Positions 16,662-25,328 are shown, counted from the first letter of the stretch. The stretch is 32,382 nucleotides of DNA from Flavobacteriales bacterium UBA7382 (GCA_002469765.1 DKNS01000101.1:7041-39422); one strand, 5' to 3'. Notes: a model not told the origin generated them from the sequence alone. Numbers and translations are program-made.

Positions 16662-17780
16662 TCAGCTGTTGAGCATCACCGGCATCACCAACATCAACAC
16701 GTCTTCACCTGCCTCTTCAGGCTCACTTGGGCGAATGATGCCAGCACGGTTGGGGGCACTCAATTCAAGGTTGACTTCCTCGGCTTCAAGGTTGTTGAGC
16801 ATGTCCACCAAAAACTTGCTGTTGAAGCCAATCTCCATGTCCTCACCGAGGTAGCTGCAAGCGAGGTGCTCTGTGGCCTCGTTGGCGAAGTCCAAATCTT
16901 CTGCACTCACCGTCAATTCGCTTCCAGCGATGCGCAAACGTACTTGGTGGGTGGTCTTGTTGGCAAAGATGGCCGCACGGCGAATGGCTTGGAGAAACGC
17001 CACGCGGTTGATGGTCATGCGGTTGGGGTTGTCCTTGGGAATGACCGCGTCGTAGTTGGGGTATTTGCCTTCAATCAACCGGCACAAGATCACCACGTCG
17101 TCAAACGTGAAGCACGCGTTGCTTTCCGTGAAGGAAATGTTCACCGCTTCGGCAGAGGACGCAGCATTCTTGAGCAATGTCAGCGGCTTTTTGGGCACGA
17201 TGAAGGACGCAGTTTCAGGCGCTGACGCGTCCATGCGCGCGTAACGCACCAAGCGGTGTGCATCGGTGGCCACAAATCTCACGTTGTCGGAGTACAGCTC
17301 AAAGAACAGACCGCTCATGACAGGGCGCAGGTCGTCGCTGCCAGCGGCGAACAAGGTGCGGTTGATCGCGGTGACCAGCGTGCCCGCCGCCATGTCCACC
17401 CCAACGGCCCCTTCCAACGCGGGCGATTGTGGAAACTCGTCTCCATTGGCTCCGGTCAACTTGTACTTTCCTGCGTCGCTGGTGAGCTCAACCGCATGGG
17501 TGGCGGGATCCACCTTGACCGTCAAGGGGATGTCTGGGAACGCTTTCAAAACGTCGAGCAGCATCCGCGCAGGCACCGCGATGGTGCCGGTGTCCTCGGT
17601 GCGCACCTCCATTTTGGACGACATCGTGGTCTCCAAATCGGAGGCCGTCATCGCCAACTCGCCCGGAGAAAGCTCGAACAAGAAGTGGTCGAGGATCGGC
17701 AAAGTGTTGCTGTTGCTCAAAACGCCGCTCAACGTTTGGAGCTGGCGGAGCAGATGGTTGCTGGATACGATAAACTGCAT
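16662..17780 (-). CDS. dnaN: DNA polymerase III beta subunit (sliding clamp)
   Basis: 372 aa. MQFIVSSNHLLRQLQTLSGVLSNSNTLPILDHFLFE...LAMTASDLETTM is a typical DnaN N-terminus, and the three-domain length is right. Confidence 0.95.
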   Translation of the reverse strand: MQFIVSSNHLLRQLQTLSGVLSNSNTLPILDHFLFELSPGELAMTASDLETTMSSKMEVRTEDTGTIAVPARMLLDVLKAFPDIPLTVKVDPATHAVELTSDAGKYKLTGANGDEFPQSPALEGAVGVDMAAGTLVTAINRTLFAAGSDDLRPVMSGLFFELYSDNVRFVATDAHRLVRYARMDASAPETASFIVPKKPLTLLKNAASSAEAVNISFTESNACFTFDDVVILCRLIEGKYPNYDAVIPKDNPNRMTINRVAFLQAIRRAAIFANKTTHQVRLRIAGSELTVSAEDLDFANEATEHLACSYLGEDMEIGFNSKFLVDMLNNLEAEEVNLELSAPNRAGIIRPSEPEEAGEDVLMLVMPVMLNS

Positions 17781-17850
17781 CTTACGATTGTTGGAACACG
17801 AAGATGACGACGATGTCTCCCCTTCACACCCTGAAAGAAGCTGGATTTAT

Positions 17851-18873
17851 TCACACTTCATCCCCAGCACACACCTCCTGAATCGCTTGATTGACGTCCT
17901 CCACGGACAATTCCCAGCCGCAGCGAAAATGTCCCTCAGGGCAACGCTTCCGCCCGTGCACGCCACAAGGACGACAGGCCAACTCTGGTGTGGGTTCCAC
18001 AACTTTATGCTTCGAAGCACGTGGTCCAAACCCAAACCGGGGAACCGTGCTGGCAAACAACGCCACGGTGGGCGTGTTCATGGCGGATGCCACGTGCAAA
18101 GGCGCACTGTCGTTGGCCACCACGCCGCGGGCCATGCCCACCGCAGCCGCCAACCCCAACAAGGAAAGAGCGCCTGCGCAGTTGACCACATGATTCCTGC
18201 CCTGGGCCAACCTGGCGCACAAGTCGTGCTCCGAGGGTGCCCCCATCAACAAAACCCGACCCTGAAGACGGTCCAACAATTTGGCAAATTGTCCCTCAGG
18301 CCAAGCCTTGGTGGCCCACTGCGATCCTGGCATCACCAACAACGCTCCCCGGGCCTCCAAGGCATCCGCCTCAGCACGATGGTGCTCGGCAGGGTGCAGT
18401 TTGGGGTTGGCCACCGCCTGCCCAAAGGCTTGTGAATCATATGCGGAAAGCAAATCGACATGACGCTGGACCTCGTGCGTGCCTTCGCCCCACTGGTGTG
18501 GGATCCTGTGGGTGAAACGCCACGCCAAGGGATTGTTCGCGTAGCCCAACCGTGCTGGGGCCATGCTCAGGGCGGTCAAAACCCCTGAAGACGAGTGCCG
18601 ATGCAGGTTGACCACGACGTCGTACCTGGCTTTTCTGGTTTCGCGGACGAGCCTTCGCCAGTCTCGCCCCTTGAAACGAGGGCGCTTGTCCCACGCCAAC
18701 ACGCGACGCACGAATGGGTGGGCCTCAAACACCCCTTCCATGGGCCTTCGCACCAAGACGTCAAGAAGGTCGCTGGGATGAGCCTTGTGCCATGCTTCCA
18801 GTGCAGACGTGGCGAGGACCACGTCGCCCAAGAACGCCGTTTGGATGAACAAAATGCTTCGCGTTGTCGCCAC
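17851..18873 (-). CDS. Glycosyltransferase family 9 (heptosyltransferase-like)
   Basis: 340 aa. Motifs: ILFIQTAFLGDVVLATSALEA, VVNLHRHSSSG, LVMPGSQWATKAWP and NDSAPLHVASAMNTPTVALF. The only start near the N-terminus is GTG at 18873, with no in-frame ATG before the conserved N-terminal motif. Confidence 0.85.
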   Translation of the reverse strand: MATTRSILFIQTAFLGDVVLATSALEAWHKAHPSDLLDVLVRRPMEGVFEAHPFVRRVLAWDKRPRFKGRDWRRLVRETRKARYDVVVNLHRHSSSGVLTALSMAPARLGYANNPLAWRFTHRIPHQWGEGTHEVQRHVDLLSAYDSQAFGQAVANPKLHPAEHHRAEADALEARGALLVMPGSQWATKAWPEGQFAKLLDRLQGRVLLMGAPSEHDLCARLAQGRNHVVNCAGALSLLGLAAAVGMARGVVANDSAPLHVASAMNTPTVALFASTVPRFGFGPRASKHKVVEPTPELACRPCGVHGRKRCPEGHFRCGWELSVEDVNQAIQEVCAGDEV

Positions 18874-18897
18874 AGCGAAAAGGTACTGCAGGTGAGT

Positions 18898-19722
18898 TCA
18901 GACCGCGACGTCGTGCTCACGCAAGGCCTCGGTCAATGACGTTTTTCGATCCGTGCTTTCTTTGCGCTCTCCAATGACGAGGGCACAAGGGACTTGGTAC
19001 GTGCCTGCAGGAAAGGTCTTGGGCCGGGTGCCAGGAATGACGACAGCTCGGGGCGGAATCTCACCGCGTGTCTCCACTGGTTCGGGGCCTCGGACGTCCA
19101 AAATGGGGGTGCTGGCCGTCAGGACCACGTTGGCCCCAAGGACCGCTTCGCGCCCCACGTGAACCCCCTCCACCACAATGCATCGCGAGCCGATGAATGC
19201 CCCATCCTCCACAATGACAGGTGCCGCCTGCAAGGGTTCGAGCACACCACCGATGCCCACACCCCCGCTCAGGTGCACGTCAGCGCCAATCTGGGCGCAA
19301 GACCCCACTGTGGCCCACGTGTCGACCATGGTGCGCTCCCCTACGTAAGCCCCGAGGTTCACGTACGAAGGCATCAAAATGCAATCCTTGGCGACAAACG
19401 CTCCATGGCGCACCACGGCGTGAGGCACCACCCGGACACCCGCCGCGGCGTATCCTTTTTTCAAGGGCATTTTGTCGTGAAACTCAAAGGGACCGACTTC
19501 ATGGGTGACCATCTTTTGGATGGGGAAATTGAGCAGCACCGCTTGCTTCACCCATTCGTTCACCTGCCACGACCCGTCCCCAAGGGGCTCTGCCACTCGC
19601 AAGGCCCCCACATCCAAGCCCGCCATCACATTGGCTATGGCGTCTTTCACCTCCTGCTTTTGAAGCTGGGTGCGGTCGGCCCATGCCTCCTCCACCCGCG
19701 ATTTCAAATCTGCTGCATTCAT
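18898..19722 (-). CDS. dapD: 2,3,4,5-tetrahydropyridine-2,6-dicarboxylate N-succinyltransferase
   Basis: 274 aa. Motifs: WQVNEWVKQAVLLNF; PSYVNLGAYVGERTMVDTWATVGSCAQIG; and left-handed beta-helix hexapeptide repeats HLSGGVGIGGVLEP. Confidence 0.93.
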   Translation of the reverse strand: MNAADLKSRVEEAWADRTQLQKQEVKDAIANVMAGLDVGALRVAEPLGDGSWQVNEWVKQAVLLNFPIQKMVTHEVGPFEFHDKMPLKKGYAAAGVRVVPHAVVRHGAFVAKDCILMPSYVNLGAYVGERTMVDTWATVGSCAQIGADVHLSGGVGIGGVLEPLQAAPVIVEDGAFIGSRCIVVEGVHVGREAVLGANVVLTASTPILDVRGPEPVETRGEIPPRAVVIPGTRPKTFPAGTYQVPCALVIGERKESTDRKTSLTEALREHDVAV

Positions 19723-19771
19723 GCTGCGAAGGTAGACTGCAAGCCTGTGGCGACATGGCTACATTTGGCAC

Positions 19772-20224
19772 ATGGCGCGACTCATTGGTTTGGACGTTGG
19801 CGGGGTTCGCACTGGGGTGGCATCCACAGACGACTTGAAGCTCATTTGCTCTCCGCTGGAGACGGTGAAGACCGCTGACCTCATGGCCAAACTCCGCACC
19901 CTGACCGACGCACACGAGGTCGAGGGGTTCGTTGTCGGCCAACCCAACCTCATTGCAGGAGAAGCCACAGATGGCACCCCGTTCATCGACAAGGTGGTCG
20001 CCAACCTCAAAAAAACTTACCCAGGCATGACGGTCCATGTCGTCGACGAGGGACACACGTCACAGGAAGCCGCCCGAATTCAAGTGGAGGCCGGCATGAA
20101 AGCCTCCAAACGCCGCGAAAAAGGAAGCCTCGACGCCATCGCAGCAAGCCTCATTCTTCAACGCCATTTGGACGCTCAGGGCCCGGGGACAACAAGCAAG
20201 CCCCTGCCGGACTTCAGCTTTTGA
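19772..20224 (+). CDS. ruvX: Putative pre-16S rRNA nuclease / Holliday junction resolvase-like YqgF
   Basis: 150 aa. LIGLDVGGVRTGVA, GFVVGQP and VDEGHTSQEA...DAIAASLILQ form the YqgF/RuvX pattern. Confidence 0.9.
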   Translation: MARLIGLDVGGVRTGVASTDDLKLICSPLETVKTADLMAKLRTLTDAHEVEGFVVGQPNLIAGEATDGTPFIDKVVANLKKTYPGMTVHVVDEGHTSQEAARIQVEAGMKASKRREKGSLDAIAASLILQRHLDAQGPGTTSKPLPDFSF

Positions 20225-20639
20225 AGACCTCGACGGTCTTCTGCTCACGAACCAGATCGGTGAACCGGCCCTCGTAGCGGGTGGCGCGCACGATGTGGTT
20301 GTCCACCCAGTGATAATTGCCGCCTCGCGGTTTGTTCATCAACAAGCCATGGTACTTGAACCCGTGCTTGTTCAGCCACGTCTCGGTGACCTCTCGGTGC
20401 TCCTCCGTGCGCGACGTAAAAAAGGTGATGATGTGACCTTCGTCGTGCCAGCGGTTCAACGTGTCGAGGGCATCTCCAAACGGCAAGCACGTGGCCATGC
20501 GCTCAGGCTCTTCGTTGGGAACATCTTCAGTCACCGTGCCGTCGATGTCGATCAGATAGTTTTTGACTTCGTCTGGCAATTGAGGAGAGGCATTCAAGCC
20601 ATGCGCATCTTGCGCGGGATTCAAGGTGTGGTCAATCAT
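20214..20639 (-). CDS. HAD-superfamily hydrolase (small, phosphatase-like)
   Basis: 141 aa. DxDxT motif in YLIDIDGTVTED, a motif II-like FFTSR, and a Lys/Asp region in NKPRGGNYHWVDN. The substrate cannot be inferred from sequence by eye. Confidence 0.7.
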   Translation of the reverse strand: MIDHTLNPAQDAHGLNASPQLPDEVKNYLIDIDGTVTEDVPNEEPERMATCLPFGDALDTLNRWHDEGHIITFFTSRTEEHREVTETWLNKHGFKYHGLLMNKPRGGNYHWVDNHIVRATRYEGRFTDLVREQKTVEVFKS

Positions 20640-20675
20640 GAGGCCGATAAAACTAGCCGCCTCATCAATGTCATC

Positions 20676-22208
20676 CTAGGGTTTGGGACGGTCAAGCCAA
20701 ACTGAAGTTGTCAACACCTCGGGCTCCGCCATCCACGCTTCGTTCCATGCGTCCACCTCCTCACCAGCGAGCACATGCCAGTTGGCCCAACGGTCTTGAG
20801 GCACTCCTTCTCGCATCATTGTCTTCTGTGCCCTCTGCGACATCCCCCATGCATCAGGACGCTTGGCCTTCATGGCACGTCTGAACTTCTTCAGCCACTG
20901 CCCCCAAACTTTGTCCACGCCCTTTTCAAAGGCCCCACCTGACCCTGACAACTCCGGCGCGAACTCCATGCCTGTGGCACGGATCGCCGACGTGACCTTT
21001 GTCAACGACGCATGGTGCGACTCCAGAAGATCTTTGTGTTCTTCCATCCACCCGTCCAGAACCCACTTCTCCCACTGCTCCGAAGTCATCCACCCGTCGT
21101 GTGTTTGCCACCCTGATGTCGCGAGTTCTGTGGCAATGACCAAGCCATGATCGCGCAAGCGGAGCGCAGGAAATGCCAAGCCACGGGACGCAAAGGCTCG
21201 TGGCAACTGATGCCAATACCTCCACTCACCCGGCCCCACAATCACACACGCACTTTGCAGGAGCATTTCTTGATATAAAGGACGAAGCAACACCCCTGGG
21301 CTGCACCGGGCAGCCTCTTTCAATGCCCATGCATCCCATCCCTGTGTTGGCTCTTCAAAGGGTTGCTTCCCCGCTTTCCAAGACGGCGCCCCATTCTTCT
21401 CGTCCCCTTTCACCATGCCAACACGTCCCTGCTCACCCAACCAAAACAGTTGGTTTTCCCGCACATGGGCAGGGCCCTCCATGGCGTCAGTGTTCAAGAG
21501 GGCTTTGCAAATCCCTTCGTCGCGCATTTCGCACGCCCACAATGCGGCACACGAAGCCTTCAAAGACGCGTCGTCCGCATCAATGACCACCAAGCCAAGG
21601 TGGCCATACCAACGGTGCATCCACCTGAAAAACACCTGGGCGTAGCGCCCGCCTTGGTTCTCCACCACCTCCAAATCCTGAAGCAAGTCGCGCACGACCG
21701 ACTCGCGAGCGCCATCCTCGCCCCACGCACGCACAACGGCTTCCAGGCCTTGTGTCGCAAGTCTGCCAACAGGGTTGGGAGTGGAGACGTCACCCGGCGT
21801 CCAGTTGTGAGCTCCAGATCGGCCAAAGACCCGCGCGGCTTCCTTCCAATCGTGGTCTTCTGAGGCCATCCAAAACACGGGAACGACAGGCACGCCCCAT
21901 GCCTGTTCAAGGCCTTTGGCTGTGCGGATGGCGGAGAGCACCTTGTGATGAAGAAACGCCGGGCCGCCACACACCACCAATTGATGCCCAACTGTCACAA
22001 CACGACATCCCTCGCAGTCAAGGTCCTGCATTCTCGGGGGTTCCCAACCTTGGGAGGCGTACTGTCGCTTCAAGGCGTCTGTGAAAGCATGTCGTCTTGC
22101 CTCCGACCAGGAGGCTTGTTCTGGCACCTTGGACCACCCGGTCCAATCTTCTCCAAGGCCTTCAGGCAGCGTCGAGGGCCATGCCGTCAATGAATGCCTT
22201 TGCCACAT
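20676..22208 (-). CDS. bshC: Bacillithiol biosynthesis cysteine-adding enzyme BshC-like
   Basis: ORF 20676..22211 has TTG at 22211 and ATG at 22208. VTVGHQLVVCGGPAFLHHKVLSAIRTAKGLEQAWGVPVVPVFWMASEDHDWKE aligns with the BshC hallmark (GGQQxGLxxGPLYTxxKIxSxIxLAK...VPVxPxFWxAxEDHDxDE), and the length (~510 aa) fits. Confidence 0.75.
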   Translation of the reverse strand: MWQRHSLTAWPSTLPEGLGEDWTGWSKVPEQASWSEARRHAFTDALKRQYASQGWEPPRMQDLDCEGCRVVTVGHQLVVCGGPAFLHHKVLSAIRTAKGLEQAWGVPVVPVFWMASEDHDWKEAARVFGRSGAHNWTPGDVSTPNPVGRLATQGLEAVVRAWGEDGARESVVRDLLQDLEVVENQGGRYAQVFFRWMHRWYGHLGLVVIDADDASLKASCAALWACEMRDEGICKALLNTDAMEGPAHVRENQLFWLGEQGRVGMVKGDEKNGAPSWKAGKQPFEEPTQGWDAWALKEAARCSPGVLLRPLYQEMLLQSACVIVGPGEWRYWHQLPRAFASRGLAFPALRLRDHGLVIATELATSGWQTHDGWMTSEQWEKWVLDGWMEEHKDLLESHHASLTKVTSAIRATGMEFAPELSGSGGAFEKGVDKVWGQWLKKFRRAMKAKRPDAWGMSQRAQKTMMREGVPQDRWANWHVLAGEEVDAWNEAWMAEPEVLTTSVWLDRPKP

Positions 22209-23239
22209 CAACGAATCAACTGCAGCAGCCCCTTGTGTTGCGTCACACCGTCAGGGTCTTCCATGCGAATCGACCATCCGTAAGCACCTGCAGGACATGG
22301 CTTGCCATCCATGCCCTGGCCGTCCCAGCCTTGACCCTGGGCTTCTTCGCTGTCATACTCTCCCTTCCAAACCACATTTCCCCAGCGCGTTGTCACCGAA
22401 ACCCATGCATGGGTTTGCTCTGGGAGGCTCGGCATCCAACGGTCGTTTAAGTCGTCTGAATCGGGGGTGAATGCGTTGGGCACAAACAAAGCCTCTTCCG
22501 GTTCTGGCGTCGAGCTTCCTCGAATGGGACTGTGGCTGGAGGAAATCTGCATCTCCGTGGGTTCGATGAAAAAATCGTCCACGAAGTAGTACGCCAGAGT
22601 TCTTCCCTCGCCTTCGTCTTTGCGGATCCGGGGCATCGTCCCCAAAAGCCCAAACGTGAAGTGCGTATAAGCCTGATCAGCTTGAAACACGAAAGTGAAG
22701 TTGCGCCAATCCGGGTCAACGAGCGCTTCGTGGATTTTGAACTGCGCGTGCAAATCCAATTTCTCGTGCCCCTCTTGCAATGGTGCACCGAACCCCATGG
22801 CCACGCCAAGGCCACTGACGCCCATGCCTGCATCCACCCAATCGTGCACCCGTCCGGACGTCAGGGAAAAACTCATGCTGTAACGCTGTCCAGGCTCCAG
22901 GGGCTGCGAAAACTTGCCTGTGAGATACTCGTGTCGCGCCGAAGCTTCATCGCTGTACGCCATCAGCCCGACCACCGCATCCCCGCCATGGGCGGGCACT
23001 TTGGCCAAGGGCGTTTGGGGCAAATCGCCCGCCCCAGATCCATTGTTGTGGTAGTAATCCAACGTTTGGGACGTGCCCAAGCTTCCCGACCAATCGGCAC
23101 AAAAATGGAGCTGTCCGGAGGCATTCGGCAACGCGAGGTGGGACTCAAAACCGCCGTTCACCACACGAAGCTGTCCAAACATTGTCAGAGACAGGCATCC
23201 CGCCCACAAGGTCAGCGCGACGTAAGGTTTCAGAGACAT
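22208..23239 (-). CDS. Secreted protein with T9SS type-B (gliding-motility-associated) C-terminal sorting domain
   Basis: ORF 22208..23254 starts at TTG, with ATG at 23239 giving MSLKPYVALTLWAGCLSLTMFGQ (signal peptide). The N-domain begins VVNGGFE and ends AYYFVDDFFIE (jelly-roll-like). The C-terminal 93 aa (FVPNAFTPDSDDLNDRW...TRWGNVVW...GWDGQGMDGKPCPAGAYGW...KGLLQLIR) match the type-B CTD pattern. Confidence 0.8.
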   Translation of the reverse strand: MSLKPYVALTLWAGCLSLTMFGQLRVVNGGFESHLALPNASGQLHFCADWSGSLGTSQTLDYYHNNGSGAGDLPQTPLAKVPAHGGDAVVGLMAYSDEASARHEYLTGKFSQPLEPGQRYSMSFSLTSGRVHDWVDAGMGVSGLGVAMGFGAPLQEGHEKLDLHAQFKIHEALVDPDWRNFTFVFQADQAYTHFTFGLLGTMPRIRKDEGEGRTLAYYFVDDFFIEPTEMQISSSHSPIRGSSTPEPEEALFVPNAFTPDSDDLNDRWMPSLPEQTHAWVSVTTRWGNVVWKGEYDSEEAQGQGWDGQGMDGKPCPAGAYGWSIRMEDPDGVTQHKGLLQLIR

Positions 23240-23264
23240 GACGTCAAGGTACAACAGAAGGCCT

Positions 23265-24116
23265 CTACCTGCGGGTGGGGCTGGTGGCCAAGACCGCGCG
23301 CAGGCCCCACATTTGGCCAGGGACGAAGAACAAACTCGTCCTCAATTGGCCCGCAGAGCGCTTCACCATATCCGGCCGCCTCCAATCCGACACCACCCCC
23401 GCTTCAATCCTGACGCGGTGCGCCCATCGCCCCACTTTTTGCAGCACATCTTCTGGGGCCAACCCTGGCCATTGCGATGGATCTTGGGGAAATTTCATGC
23501 GCCATACCGTGGGTCGAACCACATCCACCGCCACCGCAAGGCGGGGCCGCCAAGCGCTTGTCGCATCTGCCCCTTCCCACACCACCCCGAGCCGCAGCGC
23601 ATGACCTGGAGCCAAGGGCGCCGGCAACGTGTCCCGCTCAAACGCCAGGCTGTCGGGAATCAACACCACCTGCCGCAAAGGCGATGCGCCCGAGGCATCT
23701 TCTCCAGCAATCCAACCTTTGACGAAAGGCGACAATTGGTCTTCACTTAAGGCCCAAGGCTGATGGTGGTCCAGACGAAGGGCCCAAGTCTGGCCTGTTC
23801 GGCCGCGGTGCAGCCGACGCTCCAGGAATACGCTGGGACGGGTGGAACTGAGGGAGGACGACAGCCAATCGAGTGTCGGTTGTGTCGCGGAAGCGTGGAC
23901 TTCCCGCCCTGCACCCAGCCACCATTCCCAGGCGTCTTGGGGGACCCATTTGTCCAAGGAAAGGGAATCGATGTTGACGTCGGAGATGTAGTCGAACCTG
24001 ATGCCATCAACCACAAGACTGTCTTGGACATGAGGTTGGCCTGGTCCCGTCGAAGCCCACGAGAATGCCACACTGCACCACAACACCAAGCCACAAAAGT
24101 TTGTCCTTCCACCCAT
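23265..24116 (-). CDS. Hypothetical secreted protein, Trp-rich, no family recognised
   Basis: 283 aa. MGGRTNFCGLVLWCSVAFSWAST looks like a signal peptide. Codon choices (ttg Leu, caa Gln, GC-rich third positions) resemble neighbouring genes. By hand count 17 of 283 residues are Trp. Competing ORFs in other frames are R/P/H-rich. Confidence 0.5.
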   Translation of the reverse strand: MGGRTNFCGLVLWCSVAFSWASTGPGQPHVQDSLVVDGIRFDYISDVNIDSLSLDKWVPQDAWEWWLGAGREVHASATQPTLDWLSSSLSSTRPSVFLERRLHRGRTGQTWALRLDHHQPWALSEDQLSPFVKGWIAGEDASGASPLRQVVLIPDSLAFERDTLPAPLAPGHALRLGVVWEGADATSAWRPRLAVAVDVVRPTVWRMKFPQDPSQWPGLAPEDVLQKVGRWAHRVRIEAGVVSDWRRPDMVKRSAGQLRTSLFFVPGQMWGLRAVLATSPTRR

Positions 24117-24128
24117 GGAAGAGACAAG

Positions 24129-24692
24129 TTAGTGTTTAGAGTGCACCTCCACCTTGGCCTTTCTCACCTCCTGCTTGGGGGCTTGGCCGATCACAGACAA
24201 CTCACGGGCAGCGTTGAGGTCATCCACAGACGGCAGCTCAGATGCGTCCAACACCTCCATGTTCGAGACATGCGCTTGCTCGCGCTCCTTGACTTCTCGA
24301 ACGTCCAAATCTGCAGCAGGCTGCTCAGATAGAGCCTCGTCGAGGTTGCGTTGCATCAGAACCGGCGTGGATTCCTCCACATCGGAGGCTTCAGTCATGT
24401 CCGTGGCTTGAATGCGGGGCGTCACCTCGGGTACATACTCGACGCCAGATGGCATCCACAACCACGCCAAAGCCAACGCGGCGACAACAGCTGCACCACC
24501 CGTCCACCAAGATTTTTTGGTGGACGTGACCTGCTCAGGCTGATCCAAGGCGCCGAACACATGAGCCTCAAGTCCTGCAGGAGGGTCGAGTTCCATGCGG
24601 AGTGCCTCTTCTCGGAACAGGCGCTCAGCCTTTGTCCATGGCTCTTGGCCAGGAGCTTCAGGCATGTGCAAGTTTGATTTTTCGATGGGCAT
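24129..24692 (-). CDS. Putative anti-sigma factor (single-pass membrane protein)
   Basis: It lies immediately downstream of the ECF sigma gene. A ~60 aa N-terminal cytoplasmic part is followed by one TM helix (WWTGGAAVVAALALAWLWM) and an acidic extracytoplasmic tail. The call rests on position only. Alternative starts are TTG at 24713, ATG at 24692 and ATG at 24665. Confidence 0.5.
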   Translation of the reverse strand: MPIEKSNLHMPEAPGQEPWTKAERLFREEALRMELDPPAGLEAHVFGALDQPEQVTSTKKSWWTGGAAVVAALALAWLWMPSGVEYVPEVTPRIQATDMTEASDVEESTPVLMQRNLDEALSEQPAADLDVREVKEREQAHVSNMEVLDASELPSVDDLNAARELSVIGQAPKQEVRKAKVEVHSKH

Positions 24693-24728
24693 TCGGTGGT
24701 AGAACGTGGACAATCGCAGATGGTTGCT

Positions 24729-25304
24729 TCATCCCTTGTTTTTTTCGTCTGAACGAGGCAAAGCGCGACGGGCCATGGCTTTTAAATTGGCCTGCAACTG
24801 CTTGCGACCCCGTGACAGTTGGCTTTTTGATGTGTTGACATCGACCTGCAGCATCTCGGCAATTTCCTTGTGGCTGAATCCGTCGACGAGGTACAATTGG
24901 ATGACAGTACGGTACCCCTTGGGCAGGGCGGCCATGGCGGTTTGGATCTCCCCCATGGTGAAGTCCGCCTGCTTGGACGCCTCAAAATCCCGCGGCGTGG
25001 ACAACGCTTCTGACACGTCGGTGTGGTGCCGATGCTTGAGGTTGCGCCGATAATGAGTGATGGCCGTGTTGACCGTGATGCGACGCACCCAACCTTCGAA
25101 ACTGTTGAACTCCGTGAACTTGGCCAAATTCTTGAACACCTTCACCCAACTCTCCTGGGCAATGTCGGCCGCAGCCTCTCCGCTGTCGGAATACCTCAGC
25201 GCGGTGGCAAACACCTTGCCTGCAAATCTCCTGTACAGTCGTGTTTGGGCGCCCCGCTCTTCTGCGATGCACCGTTCCAGCAAATCTTTTAGTTCGTCGT
25301 CCAT
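24729..25304 (-). CDS. RNA polymerase ECF-type sigma-70 factor
   Basis: 191 aa. Region 2 is AADIAQESWVKVFKNLAKF...FEGWVRRITVNTAITHYRR. Region 4 is LPKGYRTVIQLYLVDGFSHKEIAEMLQVDVNTSKSQLSRGRKQLQ. Confidence 0.9.
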   Translation of the reverse strand: MDDELKDLLERCIAEERGAQTRLYRRFAGKVFATALRYSDSGEAAADIAQESWVKVFKNLAKFTEFNSFEGWVRRITVNTAITHYRRNLKHRHHTDVSEALSTPRDFEASKQADFTMGEIQTAMAALPKGYRTVIQLYLVDGFSHKEIAEMLQVDVNTSKSQLSRGRKQLQANLKAMARRALPRSDEKNKG

Positions 25305-25328
25305 CTGTTTTGCAAGCGTCCCGGCCTG

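Noticed and set aside
17847-17855. TTATTCACA, matching the DnaA-box consensus TTATNCACA, just upstream of dnaN
   Set aside because: It is a single box. A 9-mer with one free position is expected roughly once by chance in 32 kb on two strands. There is no cluster of boxes, no AT-rich unwinding element and no dnaA nearby, so there is no evidence for an origin.
17266-18435. 389-aa plus-strand ORF
   Set aside because: It lies antisense to dnaN and the GT9 gene, both of which have strong motif support. The translated sequence is low-complexity (S/A/R/L/P-rich).
19760-19767. TACATTTG matching the Bacteroidota -7 promoter motif TAnnTTTG upstream of ruvX
   Set aside because: It ends only 4 nt before the ruvX ATG. 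That would place the transcription start at or inside the start codon, so I did not report it as a promoter without TSS data.
18994-19878. 294-aa plus-strand ORF
   Set aside because: It is antisense to dapD and runs into ruvX. It is H/R/G/P-rich with no motifs, while dapD has unmistakable hexapeptide-repeat homology.
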